Below are positions 1 through 10,131 of a DNA stretch of 33,954 bases, one piece after another. Below the pieces are notes generated by a model. It saw only the letters and a program-made list of their open reading frames with translations, did no database searches and had not been told where the DNA came from. Within the stretch, counting starts at the first letter, position 1; the number at the start of each line of letters is the position of its first letter. A program made the position numbers and the translations under genes. This stretch comes from Alphaproteobacteria bacterium UBA6544 (lineage in GTDB: Bacteria; Pseudomonadota; Alphaproteobacteria; UBA8366): assembly GCA_002434595.1 (NCBI GenBank), contig DJKK01000320.1:1-33954 (forward strand). The letters are read 5' to 3'.

Positions 1-55
1 CCCCCCGCCCGCCCCCGGCCCGCGTCCCTGAACACGTCAATTGGCTTTTCAGCAG

Positions 56-571
56 TTAGCTGGTACCGCCCTGAATTACGCTGACGCCACGACGATTTTG
101 TTGCCACGCGGACTCATTTGAGCCGAGCACAGCCGGGCGCTCCTTACCGTAGCTGATGGTATCGATCCGGTTGGCGGAAATTCCTCGGCTCACCAAATAT
201 TCCTTAACCGCATTTGCTCGGCGTTCGCCAAGCGCAAGATTGTATTCGCGCGTCCCGCGTTCGTCGCAATGTCCTTCAATGACGATCGTGACGTTCTGAT
301 ATCTTTTTAACCACGCCGCCTGATCGTTCAATGTCGACGCATCGCTAGAGCGAATTTCAGACTTATCAAAGTCGAAATAGATGCGATCGCCAACTGTTAC
401 AAATTCCTCCGCAGACCCCGGCGCCGGTGCGGAGACAGTCGACCCCGAGCTAACTGCCGCCGAAGAGGATTTCTGACCGCCGCCGGCAGTTTTGCCATCA
501 TCGGTCGACTCGGTCGCACAGGCCGCAACGAGCAGTAATGCGGCGGCGATGCTCAAAATCTTCATTTGCAT
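56..571 (-). CDS. pal: Peptidoglycan-associated lipoprotein Pal (OmpA-like C-terminal domain)
   Basis: Internal start MQMKILSIAAALLLVAAC gives a lipoprotein signal with lipobox LVAAC; ATG confirmed at 569-571. C-terminus VTIVIEGHCDERGTREYNLALGERRANAVKEYL is a canonical OmpA/Pal PG-binding motif. Lies directly downstream of tolB. The track ORF start at 682 is an upstream extension. Confidence 0.9.
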   Translation of the reverse strand: MQMKILSIAAALLLVAACATESTDDGKTAGGGQKSSSAAVSSGSTVSAPAPGSAEEFVTVGDRIYFDFDKSEIRSSDASTLNDQAAWLKRYQNVTIVIEGHCDERGTREYNLALGERRANAVKEYLVSRGISANRIDTISYGKERPAVLGSNESAWQQNRRGVSVIQGGTS

Positions 572-719
572 TAGATCACCTTTTCCCGTCAATTTCTCGG
601 AGTTTGTGGACGCACCCCTAGCGACTCGCCGATAATATGCATGCTGCATTATCAAACACAACCACTCATCACTAAAATTCACAATGTTGCAAAGCCGTTA
701 CGCAAAATTTTCGTGAGGC

Positions 720-2066
720 TTACTGCAACAGGGATGACCAAGCTGGATCGGAGGCATCGCCAGAGGTTACGACTTCGCGGAGGTTATATCCCGTCAGGTC
801 GACGGAGAATAGCCGGGTCCTGCCACCGCGACCTTTCGCGTCACTTCGCTCCTGTCGGAAAAACATGAGGACTCGGCCGTTCGGCGACCATGTTGGTGCC
901 TCGTCAAGGAAGCTCTTTGTCAGCAGGCGTTCACCGCTCCCGTCGGGTCTGATAACACCGATGTAGAACTCTCCCCGCATTTGTTTGGTAAAGGCAATCA
1001 GATCTCCACGCGGCGACCATACTGGCGTGGCATATCGACCGCGCCCGAAGCTAATTCGCCTGACATTGCTCCCGTCGGTGCCCATCACGTAGAGTTGGGG
1101 TGAACCGCCGCGGTCCGAATTGAACACCACGAAACGAGAGTCGGGCGATGCGCTGGGCGAAGTATCGATTGCGGGATGGGTCGTAAGTCTCTTAGATTTG
1201 CGCGTCCGTAAATCCATCGACCAGATATCCGAATTGCCGCGCTCCGCAAAGGCCATAACCACGGACTGGCCATCCGGCGTAAACCGCGGCGCAAACGTCA
1301 TTCCCTTGAAATTACCGAGCAGTTCCTCGCGGCCGGACTCGATGTTGAAAAGATACACGCGTGGCGTGTTGTTGAAATAAGAAAGATATGTGATCTCCTG
1401 CGCCGTCGGAGAGAACCGTGGCGTCAGCACTAGAGCGTCGCCGTTCGTCAGGTATCGAATATTCGCGCCGTCCTGATCCATAATGGCAAGGCGTTTGACG
1501 CGCCGACGCAACGGGCCACTCTCCGCGACATATACGATCCGCGTATCGAAATAACCACTCTCTCCAGTGATCCTTCGGTAAATTGCATCGGAAATTATGT
1601 GTGCAACGCGACGCCAGTTACCCGGCTCTGTAAAATAGGCAAGGCCCGTCATCTGCGCCTCTGCAAAGACATCCCAAAGTCGGAATTCTACACGCAAGCT
1701 TCCGTCCGTCTGCAATTTGACGCTCCCGTTCACGAGAGCTTGCGCATTGATCACGCGCCAATCGGAGTACCGCGGTTGCACACGCAGGTCCGCCGGTTTC
1801 TGCAGGAACGCTCCCTTGTCGATCGGCTTGAATAGGCCCGAGCGTTCGAGATTGCCGGAAATGACTGTCGCAATATCGATACCGGTTTCTCTGCTTTGGC
1901 GATTCGAACCAAAGAATTCAGTTATCGCAATCGGTAAGGGTTCGAGATGGCCCCGCAAGATATCGATGCGAACTTCCGCGCTGCTTTTCTCGATCGGTAG
2001 CAATAGCGCAAGTGCCAAGACCGACACCATGCCAATCAATGCATGCCTGAGCCGACTTACTCTCAT
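720..2066 (-). CDS. tolB: Tol-Pal system beta-propeller protein TolB
   Basis: Start [23 protein letters not shown] is a signal peptide. Repeated propeller motifs are present ([58 protein letters not shown]). The ATG at 2064-2066 overlaps the tolA stop as ATGA. Confidence 0.92.
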   Translation of the reverse strand: MRVSRLRHALIGMVSVLALALLLPIEKSSAEVRIDILRGHLEPLPIAITEFFGSNRQSRETGIDIATVISGNLERSGLFKPIDKGAFLQKPADLRVQPRYSDWRVINAQALVNGSVKLQTDGSLRVEFRLWDVFAEAQMTGLAYFTEPGNWRRVAHIISDAIYRRITGESGYFDTRIVYVAESGPLRRRVKRLAIMDQDGANIRYLTNGDALVLTPRFSPTAQEITYLSYFNNTPRVYLFNIESGREELLGNFKGMTFAPRFTPDGQSVVMAFAERGNSDIWSMDLRTRKSKRLTTHPAIDTSPSASPDSRFVVFNSDRGGSPQLYVMGTDGSNVRRISFGRGRYATPVWSPRGDLIAFTKQMRGEFYIGVIRPDGSGERLLTKSFLDEAPTWSPNGRVLMFFRQERSDAKGRGGRTRLFSVDLTGYNLREVVTSGDASDPAWSSLLQ

Positions 2067-2944
2067 CGTCCCACCATTTCGCTTGGATTGAATCGCAAGA
2101 CCATGTCCTTCCATACGTCGTATTTCTGCAGCGGCAGCGTAAATTTATTGCATCGTGGGTTGCGTACCGCGCGAAGGGCGCTTTCCGCAACCGCTTTATA
2201 TGACGGATTTGTCTCCATTCGAAAACTGTCGACGATTCGAGATTCACGCAGTGTCCCATCCGGGTTTAATTTAATACGTATCTGAACCGCCATCTCTTCA
2301 ACGTTCTTGGCACCTATGGCTGCCGGCACCAGCCAGCACCGTTCGATCTGTCGACGGATTGCATCGATCTCGCTGATTGACAGGTCCTCTCCGAGCGGCG
2401 CTCGTTGTGCCCGTCCTGGTTGGCTTCGCGACTGGCGCTTCATCAGCGCCGCCATTTTCTCATCGAAGCTCTTCTTTTTCTCCTTTGATTTTTCCGGTTT
2501 TGCTGGCGGCGTTTCTTTCAGCTTCTGAACTGTCTTCAACATCATCGACGCAAAATCGGGTTTGGGCCGGGGCTTCGGTCGAGGCGCGACGCGCTTCGAC
2601 GGCGGCTTTGGCTGCTTTTTCGCTTTTGGCTCCAGCTTTGGTTCGAGTTTTTTTTCCACCGGCTTGGGCAGTGACTCCGGCGCGGGTTCGGATGGCAACG
2701 AGGCAACCTGCTTCGGCGGTTCAGGAGGTTTCAGCGGTGGGGGTGGCGGTGCCTTAACCTTTTCGGGCGGTGGCGCCTGCTTCGAAATCGGTTCCGGATC
2801 TGGTGTCTCCGTCACGGCAATGAGCTCGACGTCGATCACCTGATGATCAATGACGATACTCTTACTCGTACTCGGAAGTCCATAAATCGCGAACACGAAC
2901 ACCGCGATATGAAACCCGAAGGAGAGCACCAATGAGACGCGCAT
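2063..2944 (-). CDS. tolA: Tol-Pal system protein TolA (N-terminal anchor, Pro/Lys-rich spacer, TonB_C-like C-terminus)
   Basis: The N-terminal [25 protein letters not shown] carries the SxxxH motif typical of TolA/TonB anchors. A long [21 protein letters not shown] / [12 protein letters not shown] spacer follows. Sits between tolR and tolB. Confidence 0.82.
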   Translation of the reverse strand: MRVSLVLSFGFHIAVFVFAIYGLPSTSKSIVIDHQVIDVELIAVTETPDPEPISKQAPPPEKVKAPPPPPLKPPEPPKQVASLPSEPAPESLPKPVEKKLEPKLEPKAKKQPKPPSKRVAPRPKPRPKPDFASMMLKTVQKLKETPPAKPEKSKEKKKSFDEKMAALMKRQSRSQPGRAQRAPLGEDLSISEIDAIRRQIERCWLVPAAIGAKNVEEMAVQIRIKLNPDGTLRESRIVDSFRMETNPSYKAVAESALRAVRNPRCNKFTLPLQKYDVWKDMVLRFNPSEMVGR

Positions 2945-2956
2945 CCAGCCCCTCCA

Positions 2957-3421
2957 TTACCTCTGAGATTTGGCGCCGGGCGGCTTCGGCAATTCGGCCA
3001 TCAACGACACCCGCTTGAAGCCTGCGGCACTGATAGCGCCCATAACCTCCATAACGCGTCCATAGTGAATAGCCTTGTCACCACGCACAAAAATCTTGAT
3101 GCCCGGGTTGGCACCAGTGACCGCCACGAGCCGCGGCACCAAATTCTCAAGTGGCGTTTCATATTCCTGCAGAAATATCGACCCGCTAGCGTTCACGGTC
3201 ACCACGAGTGGTTCGTCAGTATCGGACAGCGACGCCGCCCGCGTCTTCGGGAGATCGACGGGAACGCCAACTGTCAGCAAAGGCGCCGTAATCATGAAGA
3301 CGATCAACAGAACCAGCATCACATCGACAAACGGTGTCACATTGATCTCGGACATGGCCCGATACCGACCCCTCTGTGCCCGACCCGTGGAACGCCCGTT
3401 GCCATTGGTCTGAAAGGCCAT
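2957..3421 (-). CDS. tolR: Tol-Pal system protein TolR (ExbD/TolR family)
   Basis: EINVTPFVDVMLVLLIVFMITAP is a single TM with the conserved Asp. Size 154 aa. Immediately downstream of tolQ. Confidence 0.88.
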   Translation of the reverse strand: MAFQTNGNGRSTGRAQRGRYRAMSEINVTPFVDVMLVLLIVFMITAPLLTVGVPVDLPKTRAASLSDTDEPLVVTVNASGSIFLQEYETPLENLVPRLVAVTGANPGIKIFVRGDKAIHYGRVMEVMGAISAAGFKRVSLMAELPKPPGAKSQR

Positions 3422-3424
3422 CGC

Positions 3425-4153
3425 TCAGCTGGTCTCCTCGATTTGGCGCGAGAGGATCGCGATGAACTCACCGGCAAACGTTTCCATTCGGCCCGCATAA
3501 CGTCCAAGGTCGTTCGATAGTTTGTTGTAGGCGATGACCGCAGGGATCGCCGCAATCAGGCCGAGCGCGGTCGCGAAAAGGGCCTCCGCGATGCCCGGCG
3601 CCACCACAGCAAGGTTGGTCTGCTTTGTCACCGCGATCGACTGGAAACTATTCATGATACCCCAGACGGTACCGAAAAGGCCGACGAACGGCGCCGTCGA
3701 CCCCACCGACGCGAGGAACATCATGTAGCGTTCAAGCCTTTCGATTTCACGGGCCACCGTTACCTGCATTATCCGGTCCAGGCGGTCCTTCAGGCCCGAT
3801 TTTCCTGACTCGCTGTATACCAGTCCTTTGGCAGACGACCGTCGCCATTCTCGCATGCCCGCGGCAAATACCGCGGTCATCGGATCACTTGGTTGCTGGC
3901 CGACCTGCTCGAAGAGCTCCTCCAACGAGCCGCCAGACCAGAACTCATCCTCAAACTTGTTGGCGCGGCGCTGCAGCCGCTTGAGACGGAATGTCTTGTC
4001 CAAAATGATCGCCCAGCACCAGACCGAGGCCAGCAAGAGAATCAGCATCACGGCCTTTACCACCCAATCGGCGCTGAGGAATAGACTCCATAGCGTCAAC
4101 TGCGATTGCCCTAAGGCCTGTCCAACCGCGCCTTCTACAACTGCCTGTTCCAT
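3425..4153 (-). CDS. tolQ: Tol-Pal system protein TolQ (MotA/TolQ/ExbB proton channel)
   Basis: Three TM segments. Signature APFVGLFGTVWGIMNSF ... APGIAEALFATALGLIAAIPAVIAYN. Confidence 0.92.
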   Translation of the reverse strand: MEQAVVEGAVGQALGQSQLTLWSLFLSADWVVKAVMLILLLASVWCWAIILDKTFRLKRLQRRANKFEDEFWSGGSLEELFEQVGQQPSDPMTAVFAAGMREWRRSSAKGLVYSESGKSGLKDRLDRIMQVTVAREIERLERYMMFLASVGSTAPFVGLFGTVWGIMNSFQSIAVTKQTNLAVVAPGIAEALFATALGLIAAIPAVIAYNKLSNDLGRYAGRMETFAGEFIAILSRQIEETS

Positions 4154-4192
4154 TAAGTGTCGATTCCGTTCCGCTGTTTAGTCTTTTTCGAT

Positions 4193-4615
4193 CTACGAAT
4201 TTAAACTGGAGGAGAGCGCGCTTCGCAATGCCGCCGGCATACGCCGTGGCCGACCGTCATCGCCAATACACGCCAGACGCACGGTAAGGCGCACCAGTTC
4301 GTCCATTTTCCGTTTCACCACCTGCTCCGCCCGAAGGCTTGCGCCGCGGACTTCCAGGAACCTTGTATGCACCTCCAGGGGATCGTCCAGAAAGGCCGGC
4401 GACATGTAATCGACGGAACACTGGCGCACGGTAAAGGCGATGCCGTCTTCCGCCAAAAGGGATTGATCATCGGCAACCACCATACGCAGATACTCGGTCC
4501 TTGCCCGTTCCGCGAACCGGAGGTAATTCGCGTAGTACACTATACCGCCGGCATCGGTATCTTCGTAATACACACGAAGCGCAAATATGTGCGCGTCGGA
4601 TCGGGAGCTATTCAT
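4193..4615 (-). CDS. ybgC: YbgC/4HBT-family acyl-CoA thioesterase
   Basis: Hotdog-fold motifs [29 protein letters not shown]. Canonical position upstream of tolQ. ATG at 4613-4615 is preceded by GGAGGGAG. Overlaps the ruvB stop by 8 nt. Confidence 0.8.
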   Translation of the reverse strand: MNSSRSDAHIFALRVYYEDTDAGGIVYYANYLRFAERARTEYLRMVVADDQSLLAEDGIAFTVRQCSVDYMSPAFLDDPLEVHTRFLEVRGASLRAEQVVKRKMDELVRLTVRLACIGDDGRPRRMPAALRSALSSSLNS

Positions 4616-5666
4616 CCGCTCCCTCCGATACGACACCAAGTAAATCCAGCTGTTCCATCGCCGTCCTCGGCGCTTCGATGCCGAGATAACTCCAGCCTTG
4701 ACGGGCGAGCATGCGCCCGCGTGGCGTTCGCTGAATCAGGCCTTCCTGCATCAGGTAGGGTTCAATGACGTCCTCTATGACATCGCGCTGCTCTGCAAGG
4801 GCGGCAGACAGGGTTTCGACCCCGACCGGACCGCCTCCATAGTTCTCCGCGACGCAGGTCAAGTACCTGCGATCCATTGCATCGAGCCCGAGTGTGTCGA
4901 CACCCAAGCGCTGGAGCGCCGCATCCGCGGCCGCGGCATTTATACTCTGGACGCCGTCGACAGCCGCAAAATCGCGCACGCGTCGCAATAACCGACCGGC
5001 AACGCGCGGTGTGCCCCGACTACGCCGCGCGATCTCCTCGGCACCTTCACCGTCGAGCGGTGTGTCCAACAATCGCGCGCCGCGTGAGACAATCTCGCAA
5101 AGCTCGTCGAGTTCGTAAAAATTCATCCGCAGATGAATTCCGAAGCGTTCGCGCAGCGGAGTTGTAATGAGGCCGGACCGCGTCGTCGCGCCCACGAGTG
5201 TAAACGGCGGCAATGGAATGCGTACGGACCGCGCCGCCGGGCCTTCGCCGATAATCAGATCAAGTTCGAAATCCTCCATCGCGGGATAAAGGATTTCCTC
5301 AACCGCGGGATTAAGGCGATGAATTTCATCGATGAACAGTACATCGCGAGGCTGCAAATTCGTCAGGATTGCCGCGAGGTCCCCCGCCTTGGCAATTACA
5401 GGACCCGACGTTGCCCGGAAGCTCACGCCAAGTTCACGCGAGACGATTTGGGCTAGGGTCGTCTTTCCCAGTCCAGGCGGACCATGCAACAGCGTGTGAT
5501 CCAGTGCTTCTCCGCGATCACTCGCGGCTCGGATGAAAACGGATAGATTCTCACGGACCGTCCGCTGGCCGATAAAATCATCAAGCGTCTGAGGCCGCAA
5601 AGTGAAGTCAGCCCCGTCACCGGAATCGAACTCCGGATCTATAATGCGATCGGCGGGCTCGCTCAC
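4608..5666 (-). CDS. ruvB: Holliday junction branch migration helicase RuvB
   Basis: Walker [12 protein letters not shown] and Walker [11 protein letters not shown]. Full-length RuvB-like sequence of 352 aa. Confidence 0.96.
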   Translation of the reverse strand: MSEPADRIIDPEFDSGDGADFTLRPQTLDDFIGQRTVRENLSVFIRAASDRGEALDHTLLHGPPGLGKTTLAQIVSRELGVSFRATSGPVIAKAGDLAAILTNLQPRDVLFIDEIHRLNPAVEEILYPAMEDFELDLIIGEGPAARSVRIPLPPFTLVGATTRSGLITTPLRERFGIHLRMNFYELDELCEIVSRGARLLDTPLDGEGAEEIARRSRGTPRVAGRLLRRVRDFAAVDGVQSINAAAADAALQRLGVDTLGLDAMDRRYLTCVAENYGGGPVGVETLSAALAEQRDVIEDVIEPYLMQEGLIQRTPRGRMLARQGWSYLGIEAPRTAMEQLDLLGVVSEGADE

Positions 5667-6268
5667 TGGCTGAGCTCCTGCAGTCCGGCACGAATCAGGG
5701 CATCAACAGCCGCTCCGTCCCCAAGCTTCTGGCCGGCGCGGGCCACAGCGCCGAATGCGTCCGTCCTCGGAAAGCCGAGATTAACAAGCGCCGACACCGC
5801 ATCTTCGGTATCACCCCCTGCACGCGATGAAACAGCGGTGGTCGGCTCAAACGAAGAAGGTCCGATTGAGCCAACTTTGTCTTTCAATTCTAAAACGATC
5901 CGGCCTGCCAATTTCGGCCCGACACCATTAGCCCTGGAAACTGCGGCTTTGTCCTGCGCGGCGACGGCCTGCACCAGTTCCTCAGAGCCCAACACAGATA
6001 GGATAGCCAACGCCACCTTGGCACCGACGCCCTGAACCGTTGTCAGAAGCCGAAACCAGTCACGTTCCCCCGCATGAGAAAACCCATAGAGATGGATGTG
6101 ATCCTCACGTACGTGGGTCTCGACCTCAAAACGAACGGCCTCGCCGGGCTGCGGCAAATTGGAAAGCGTGCGCCCGGAACAAAAAATCAAATATCCTACC
6201 CCGCCGACGTCCACGACCGCCGATTCCTCGGCGACGGATTCGAGCACGCCTTTCAAAGATGCGATCAC
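5663..6268 (-). CDS. ruvA: Holliday junction DNA-binding protein RuvA
   Basis: The typical RuvA N-terminus (V)[11 protein letters not shown] starts at a GTG (6266-6268) that overlaps the ruvC stop as GTGA. HhH region [14 protein letters not shown] ... [13 protein letters not shown]. The track ORF is extended upstream to 6331. Confidence 0.9.
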   Translation of the reverse strand: MIASLKGVLESVAEESAVVDVGGVGYLIFCSGRTLSNLPQPGEAVRFEVETHVREDHIHLYGFSHAGERDWFRLLTTVQGVGAKVALAILSVLGSEELVQAVAAQDKAAVSRANGVGPKLAGRIVLELKDKVGSIGPSSFEPTTAVSSRAGGDTEDAVSALVNLGFPRTDAFGAVARAGQKLGDGAAVDALIRAGLQELSQ

Positions 6269-6792
6269 GGCCGCGCCTCCGCTACCGCCGCCGACCAAAT
6301 ACGGCCGGTGCCGGCAAAATGACTGTGGCATATTGCGACGGCAAGAGCGTCCGCTGAATCTGCGCTTTCGAAATCGCAGCCCGGCAGAAGTCTGCGTACC
6401 ATCATCTGAACCTGCGGCTTCCCCGCATGGCCGACGCCAACAACGGATTTCTTGATGCGATTGGCGGAATATTCAGCAACCGGAAGGCCGGCGAGTGCCG
6501 GTGCCAACAGAACAACACCGCGCGCTTCTCCTAGTTTGAGGGTCGTCGTCGGGTTCTTGTTGACGAATGTCTCCTCGACCGCTGCTTCGTTCGGCTCATA
6601 AAACGTCAATACATCCGCGAGCCCCTCATGGAGAGAGCGCAGCCGCCAGGCCAAGGGGTCGTCCCGTTTTGAATGCACTGTGCCGTCGGCCACATAGGTA
6701 AGTTTGTTACCCATAATGTCGATCACGCCCCAACCCGTATTCTGCAGCCCTGGATCGAGGCCGATCACGCGTATGGTCCGTTTATCTCTCAA
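6265..6792 (-). CDS. ruvC: Crossover junction endodeoxyribonuclease RuvC
   Basis: [18 protein letters not shown] (catalytic Asp) and C-terminal [12 protein letters not shown]. Order ruvC-ruvA-ruvB. Confidence 0.93.
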   Translation of the reverse strand: MRDKRTIRVIGLDPGLQNTGWGVIDIMGNKLTYVADGTVHSKRDDPLAWRLRSLHEGLADVLTFYEPNEAAVEETFVNKNPTTTLKLGEARGVVLLAPALAGLPVAEYSANRIKKSVVGVGHAGKPQVQMMVRRLLPGCDFESADSADALAVAICHSHFAGTGRIWSAAVAEARP

Positions 6793-7541
6793 GCCGCCGT
6801 CAACCGTTCCATAACATCCTCGGCGATATCGTAGTTCGCAGAGACCGACTGCACGTCGTCATTGTCATCAAGCACGTCGAGCAGCTTCAATAGTTTTGAA
6901 GCAGGACCTTCTTCGAGTGAGACGGTCGTCTGAGGACGCCACACGAGTTGCGCCGATTGCGGTTCGCCCAGACTTCCCTCGAGCACCTCGGCGACGGAAT
7001 GCAAGTCTTCAGGTTGGCACCGGATCTCATGCGTCTCATCGGTCGTCTCAATATCATCGGCGCCAGCCTCAAGAGCGGCTTCGAATATGGTATCGGAGTC
7101 GCCAGACCCAGACGCGTAGCGAATTTCGCCAATCCTATCGAAGAGGAAGCTGACAGCACCAGTCTCTGCGAGATTTCCGTTATATTTGGAAAACGCCGAG
7201 CGCACCTCGGAGGCCGTCCTATTTCGGTTATCCGTCAGCGCTTCGACGATCAGCGCGACGCCACCCGGCCCGTACCCCTCGTATCGAATTTCCTCGAAAT
7301 TGGCGCCATCGCTATCACCGGACCCGCGTGCAATGGCACGGTCGATATTGTCTTTAGGCATATTGTTGCTGCGAGCCGTGGCGATTGCGGAACGTAATCG
7401 CGGATTACCAGACGGGTCTGAGCCACCTTCCTTCGCCGCCACCATCAGCTCACGGCCCAGTTTCGCAAATAATTTGGCGCGTTTCTTATCCTGCGCGCCC
7501 TTGCGGTACATAATGTTCTTAAATTGCGAATGACCTGCCAT
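6789..7541 (-). CDS. yebC: YebC/PmpR-family DNA-binding transcriptional regulator
   Basis: [31 protein letters not shown] is the invariant YebC N-terminus. 250 aa. 4-nt overlap with ruvC. Confidence 0.93.
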   Translation of the reverse strand: MAGHSQFKNIMYRKGAQDKKRAKLFAKLGRELMVAAKEGGSDPSGNPRLRSAIATARSNNMPKDNIDRAIARGSGDSDGANFEEIRYEGYGPGGVALIVEALTDNRNRTASEVRSAFSKYNGNLAETGAVSFLFDRIGEIRYASGSGDSDTIFEAALEAGADDIETTDETHEIRCQPEDLHSVAEVLEGSLGEPQSAQLVWRPQTTVSLEEGPASKLLKLLDVLDDNDDVQSVSANYDIAEDVMERLTAA

Positions 7542-7610
7542 GGCGATTATTAATCGTCTCTTTCAATCTATCGGATGTGTGTAAAAACCTAATTTATACC
7601 AGATATTGTT

Positions 7611-7632
7611 GCGGAAAGCCTAGCATTTCCGC
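7611..7632. other. Perfect 7-bp stem-loop (GCGGAAA-N8-TTTCCGC) between the ymdB-like gene and yebC
   Basis: Read directly at 7611-7632. No U-tract follows on the minus (transcribed) strand, so a terminator role is doubtful. Confidence 0.25.
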
Positions 7633-7698
7633 CCTTATAGACACCCAATATGGCGAATTTTGGGCATTGATCCTCCTCGCAACTGGTTCAATTGCGTT

Positions 7699-8517
7699 TT
7701 AAAGGTCCGGTATCTGCTCTTGGAGCCGCCCACCAAGCCTGACGGGTGAAATCCGGGCGGCCAATCCGGTCGAGCCATCTGTCTCGAGAAAAGTTGCGCA
7801 GAGCGTACCTTCCCCCTCTGCCGGCGCCAGCCGCCGACTGGGAAATCGGCGGCGAAATCGTTGCAGGCTGCCCGACTTTTCCATGCCAATTACGGAATTG
7901 TAATCGCCGCACATGCCGGCATCCGTCTGATACCCCGTCCCATTATCGAGAATATGCGCATCGGCCGTCGGAACGTGCGTATGGGTCCCGACAACCAGGC
8001 TAGCTCGCCCATCGGCGAGGTGACCCATGGCCATTTTCTCGCTCGTCGCCTCGCCATGCACATCAACAATGACGGCACCGTATCCGCCCGGTTTCGGCGC
8101 CGTCAGCGGCAATTCCGCATCGACCGCACGGAATGGGTCATCAAGCAGTTCCATAAACAAACGGCACATGACATTGATGACTTTTACTTTCGCGCCCCTG
8201 GACGTCACGAAATCCGCGACGCCGCGGCCAGGCGTCTCTCCCGGAAAATTGATTGGCCTTAGCATACGACGGTCGCTGTCCATGAACGGCGCGATTTCCG
8301 GCTTATCCCATGAGTGGTTTCCGCCTGTGATGCAGTCCGCGCCCGCTTGGAACAAGGTTTCGCAAATCTTTTCCGTAATACCGAAACCGTGTGCGGCGTT
8401 CTCACCGTTAACGATGACAAAGTCGAGCTTCAAATCCTCGCGGAGGCGCGGCAGATGCTCGGCGATCACGTCGCGCCCGCTGCGTCCCACCACATCACCG
8501 CAAAACAATATGCGCAT
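7699..8517 (-). CDS. YmdB-family metallophosphoesterase (TIGR00282-type, 2',3'-cyclic-nucleotide phosphodiesterase-like)
   Basis: MRILFCGDVVGRSGR ... DFVIVNGENAAHGFGIT ... ITGGNHSWDK ... DVHGEATSEK ... GTHTHVPTAD are calcineurin-like metal-binding motifs in the YmdB arrangement. Confidence 0.85.
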   Translation of the reverse strand: MRILFCGDVVGRSGRDVIAEHLPRLREDLKLDFVIVNGENAAHGFGITEKICETLFQAGADCITGGNHSWDKPEIAPFMDSDRRMLRPINFPGETPGRGVADFVTSRGAKVKVINVMCRLFMELLDDPFRAVDAELPLTAPKPGGYGAVIVDVHGEATSEKMAMGHLADGRASLVVGTHTHVPTADAHILDNGTGYQTDAGMCGDYNSVIGMEKSGSLQRFRRRFPSRRLAPAEGEGTLCATFLETDGSTGLAARISPVRLGGRLQEQIPDL

Positions 8518-8521
8518 TCCG

Positions 8522-9091
8522 TTAAACTCCGATCTCGATCGCTTCGCGTTCGGTGATTATCCAGTTAAGCGGCTGATCGTACTCAGCCACTGGCACTCTA
8601 TCGACTTCCTGCGCCGCAAAAGCGATGCCAATTGCAACCGGCGCACCATCTTGCCGCAGCGATGCGAGCGTTTGATCGTAGAATCCACCCCCATATCCAA
8701 GCCGGAAGCCCCGTCTGTCGAAAGCCAACATGGGGACCAACAATACGTCTGGTTTGACCTCGAAAGCTTCGGGCAGAGGTTCCCGGACACCGAAAACCCC
8801 TTCCGACATAAAATCGCCTTCACGCCATACCCGGAAGATAAGCGGCGCGCCATGTTCCGCCACGACGGGCAAGGCGATCTCATGACCTTGAGAACGCAGC
8901 ATGGCGAGGAGGGGTCGCGGATCAAGCTCCGTCCCGATGGGATGATAACCTGAGACGACGGCGTCGCGCGACGGCATCGGAATTTCGCGGAAGATGTCCG
9001 TGACTTGCCCAGCCGCGTCCGGTGACACGCGTTCTCTCTTGGCCGCGGAGCGACGGCGCAAATCCTTCTTTTGCTCGATCAGATTCGTCAT
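8522..9091 (-). CDS. 5-formyltetrahydrofolate cyclo-ligase
   Basis: Start MTNLIEQKKDLRRRSAAKR (ATG at 9089-9091). C-terminal RLGYGGGFYD motif. About 190 aa, typical size. The track ORF is extended to 9154. Confidence 0.85.
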   Translation of the reverse strand: MTNLIEQKKDLRRRSAAKRERVSPDAAGQVTDIFREIPMPSRDAVVSGYHPIGTELDPRPLLAMLRSQGHEIALPVVAEHGAPLIFRVWREGDFMSEGVFGVREPLPEAFEVKPDVLLVPMLAFDRRGFRLGYGGGFYDQTLASLRQDGAPVAIGIAFAAQEVDRVPVAEYDQPLNWIITEREAIEIGV

Positions 9092-9099
9092 CGCAAATA

Positions 9100-9280
9100 A
9101 AAAGGTGGGAATGTGGGCGGTGCCGCATCGGCCGTCGGTCTTGTTAATCCTCATGGGCCTGGATTACCAGGTGGGCGCCGTGTGCCGAGACCACGATCCC
9201 GACAGGGACAGCTCCCGAGAGGATTGTATAGCCCCCGGGATAACGAAGCCGTCGCACCGCGCAGCGAACCGCCCGTCCTT
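9100..9280 (-). ncRNA. ssrS: Putative 6S RNA (ssrS)
   Basis: A 192-nt gap with no credible ORF lies between zapA and the cyclo-ligase, all on one strand. This is the widely conserved zapA-ssrS-ygfA arrangement. The ends can pair (GGGCGGT at 9115-9121 with ACCGCCC at 9268-9274, also GCGGTGC with GCACCGC) around a GC-rich imperfect helix. The ends are not mapped. Confidence 0.55.
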
Positions 9281-9283
9281 TAC

Positions 9284-9640
9284 CTAGGCTTGTTCGATAC
9301 GCTCCGCAATAGCCTCAATCCGTCCGGCCAACAATTCGAAGAAATGGGCCGTCTTGGCGTCGGCCTTTTCCAACACTTCACCCCGCAGTCTCTGTACGGT
9401 GTCCAGATCAGGGTTGGATCGCGCGTCTTGAATCTCAGCCATCGTATCCGAGAGTTCGTCAGCGATCAGAAGGCTCGCCATGACAAGCAGCCTGTCTTGA
9501 CCAACCTGACCGACCATCGAAACAACATCTTGCAGGCGCGATTCCAAGAATTCGGCAAGCCGGCGCAGGTGATCCTCTTGATCATCTTCGCAAGCAATCT
9601 GATAGCTTCTCCCGTTAATTTGAATGGTGACGTCGCTCAT
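9284..9640 (-). CDS. zapA: Cell division protein ZapA
   Basis: MSDVTIQINGRSYQIACEDDQEDHLRRLAEFLE is a typical ZapA N-terminus. 118 aa from the internal ATG at 9640. The track start at 9691 would overlap the upstream gene. Confidence 0.85.
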   Translation of the reverse strand: MSDVTIQINGRSYQIACEDDQEDHLRRLAEFLESRLQDVVSMVGQVGQDRLLVMASLLIADELSDTMAEIQDARSNPDLDTVQRLRGEVLEKADAKTAHFFELLAGRIEAIAERIEQA

Positions 9641-9650
9641 ACCAGTCTCG

Positions 9651-9884
9651 TCAATCGCCCAAGGCACCGTGGAGCCGCTCGATCGTGGCATCCATACGGA
9701 CCGCGGCGGTCTCCAGGCGCTTTTCCGTTGCGTCCCGCTCGGCCTCTAAACTGGCAATTTGCGCACGCAATTCCAATTCCGCCATCGCCCCGGCCTCGCT
9801 CGCGTCGGCACGCGTTTCAACAGCCGCTACGAGGCGGGAAATTGCGTCATGCAAGCGCTTCTCGGCGCTATCGAGTCGGGACAT
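9651..9884 (-). CDS. Small coiled-coil protein, DUF4164 / ZauP-like (encoded upstream of zapA)
   Basis: 77 aa, all-helical heptad-like sequence (LELRAQIASLEAERDATEKRLETAAVRMDATIERL). Lies 10 nt upstream of zapA, as for the alphaproteobacterial zauP-zapA pair. Confidence 0.6.
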   Translation of the reverse strand: MSRLDSAEKRLHDAISRLVAAVETRADASEAGAMAELELRAQIASLEAERDATEKRLETAAVRMDATIERLHGALGD

Positions 9885-10131
9885 TTTCTCTTTCCGGCGC
9901 GGGATTCGCAGCTTCGTGCCACGAAGGTCAAATTAGATCGGCAAAGTACGCACCCTGCGAGCACCCGTCAATAACAATGAAATCAAGGCAGTAAGCATCT
10001 ATTTTTAGACACTGAATGAGACTCCGCGTCTCGCCATTGACGGGCCTGAAAACGGGCGGCATGTTGCCGCCTGTTCCGCGCTTCGCCGCGTAGCTTCGCG
10101 GTGCCGCCAAGCAAACTCCGAGGAACCCGCC

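Noticed and set aside
1-33. C-rich run at the window start (minus strand GGGCCGGGGGCGGGCGGGGGG, formally a G-quadruplex motif) just downstream of pal
   Set aside because: It sits at the very edge of the window. It may be part of the next gene (cpoB/ybgF expected here) or an end artefact. Nothing can be concluded from 30 nt.
8027-9994. Two long plus-strand ORFs (8027-8953, 308 aa; 9113-9994, 293 aa)
   Set aside because: They are antisense to the ymdB-like, cyclo-ligase, 6S-gap, zapA and zauP-like genes. They are Ser/Arg/Pro-rich with no family signal.
10054-10071. Hairpin GGCGGC-AUGUU-GCCGCC in the tkt upstream region
   Set aside because: It is a short GC stem with no U-tract and no associated conserved motif, as expected by chance in about 58% GC DNA.
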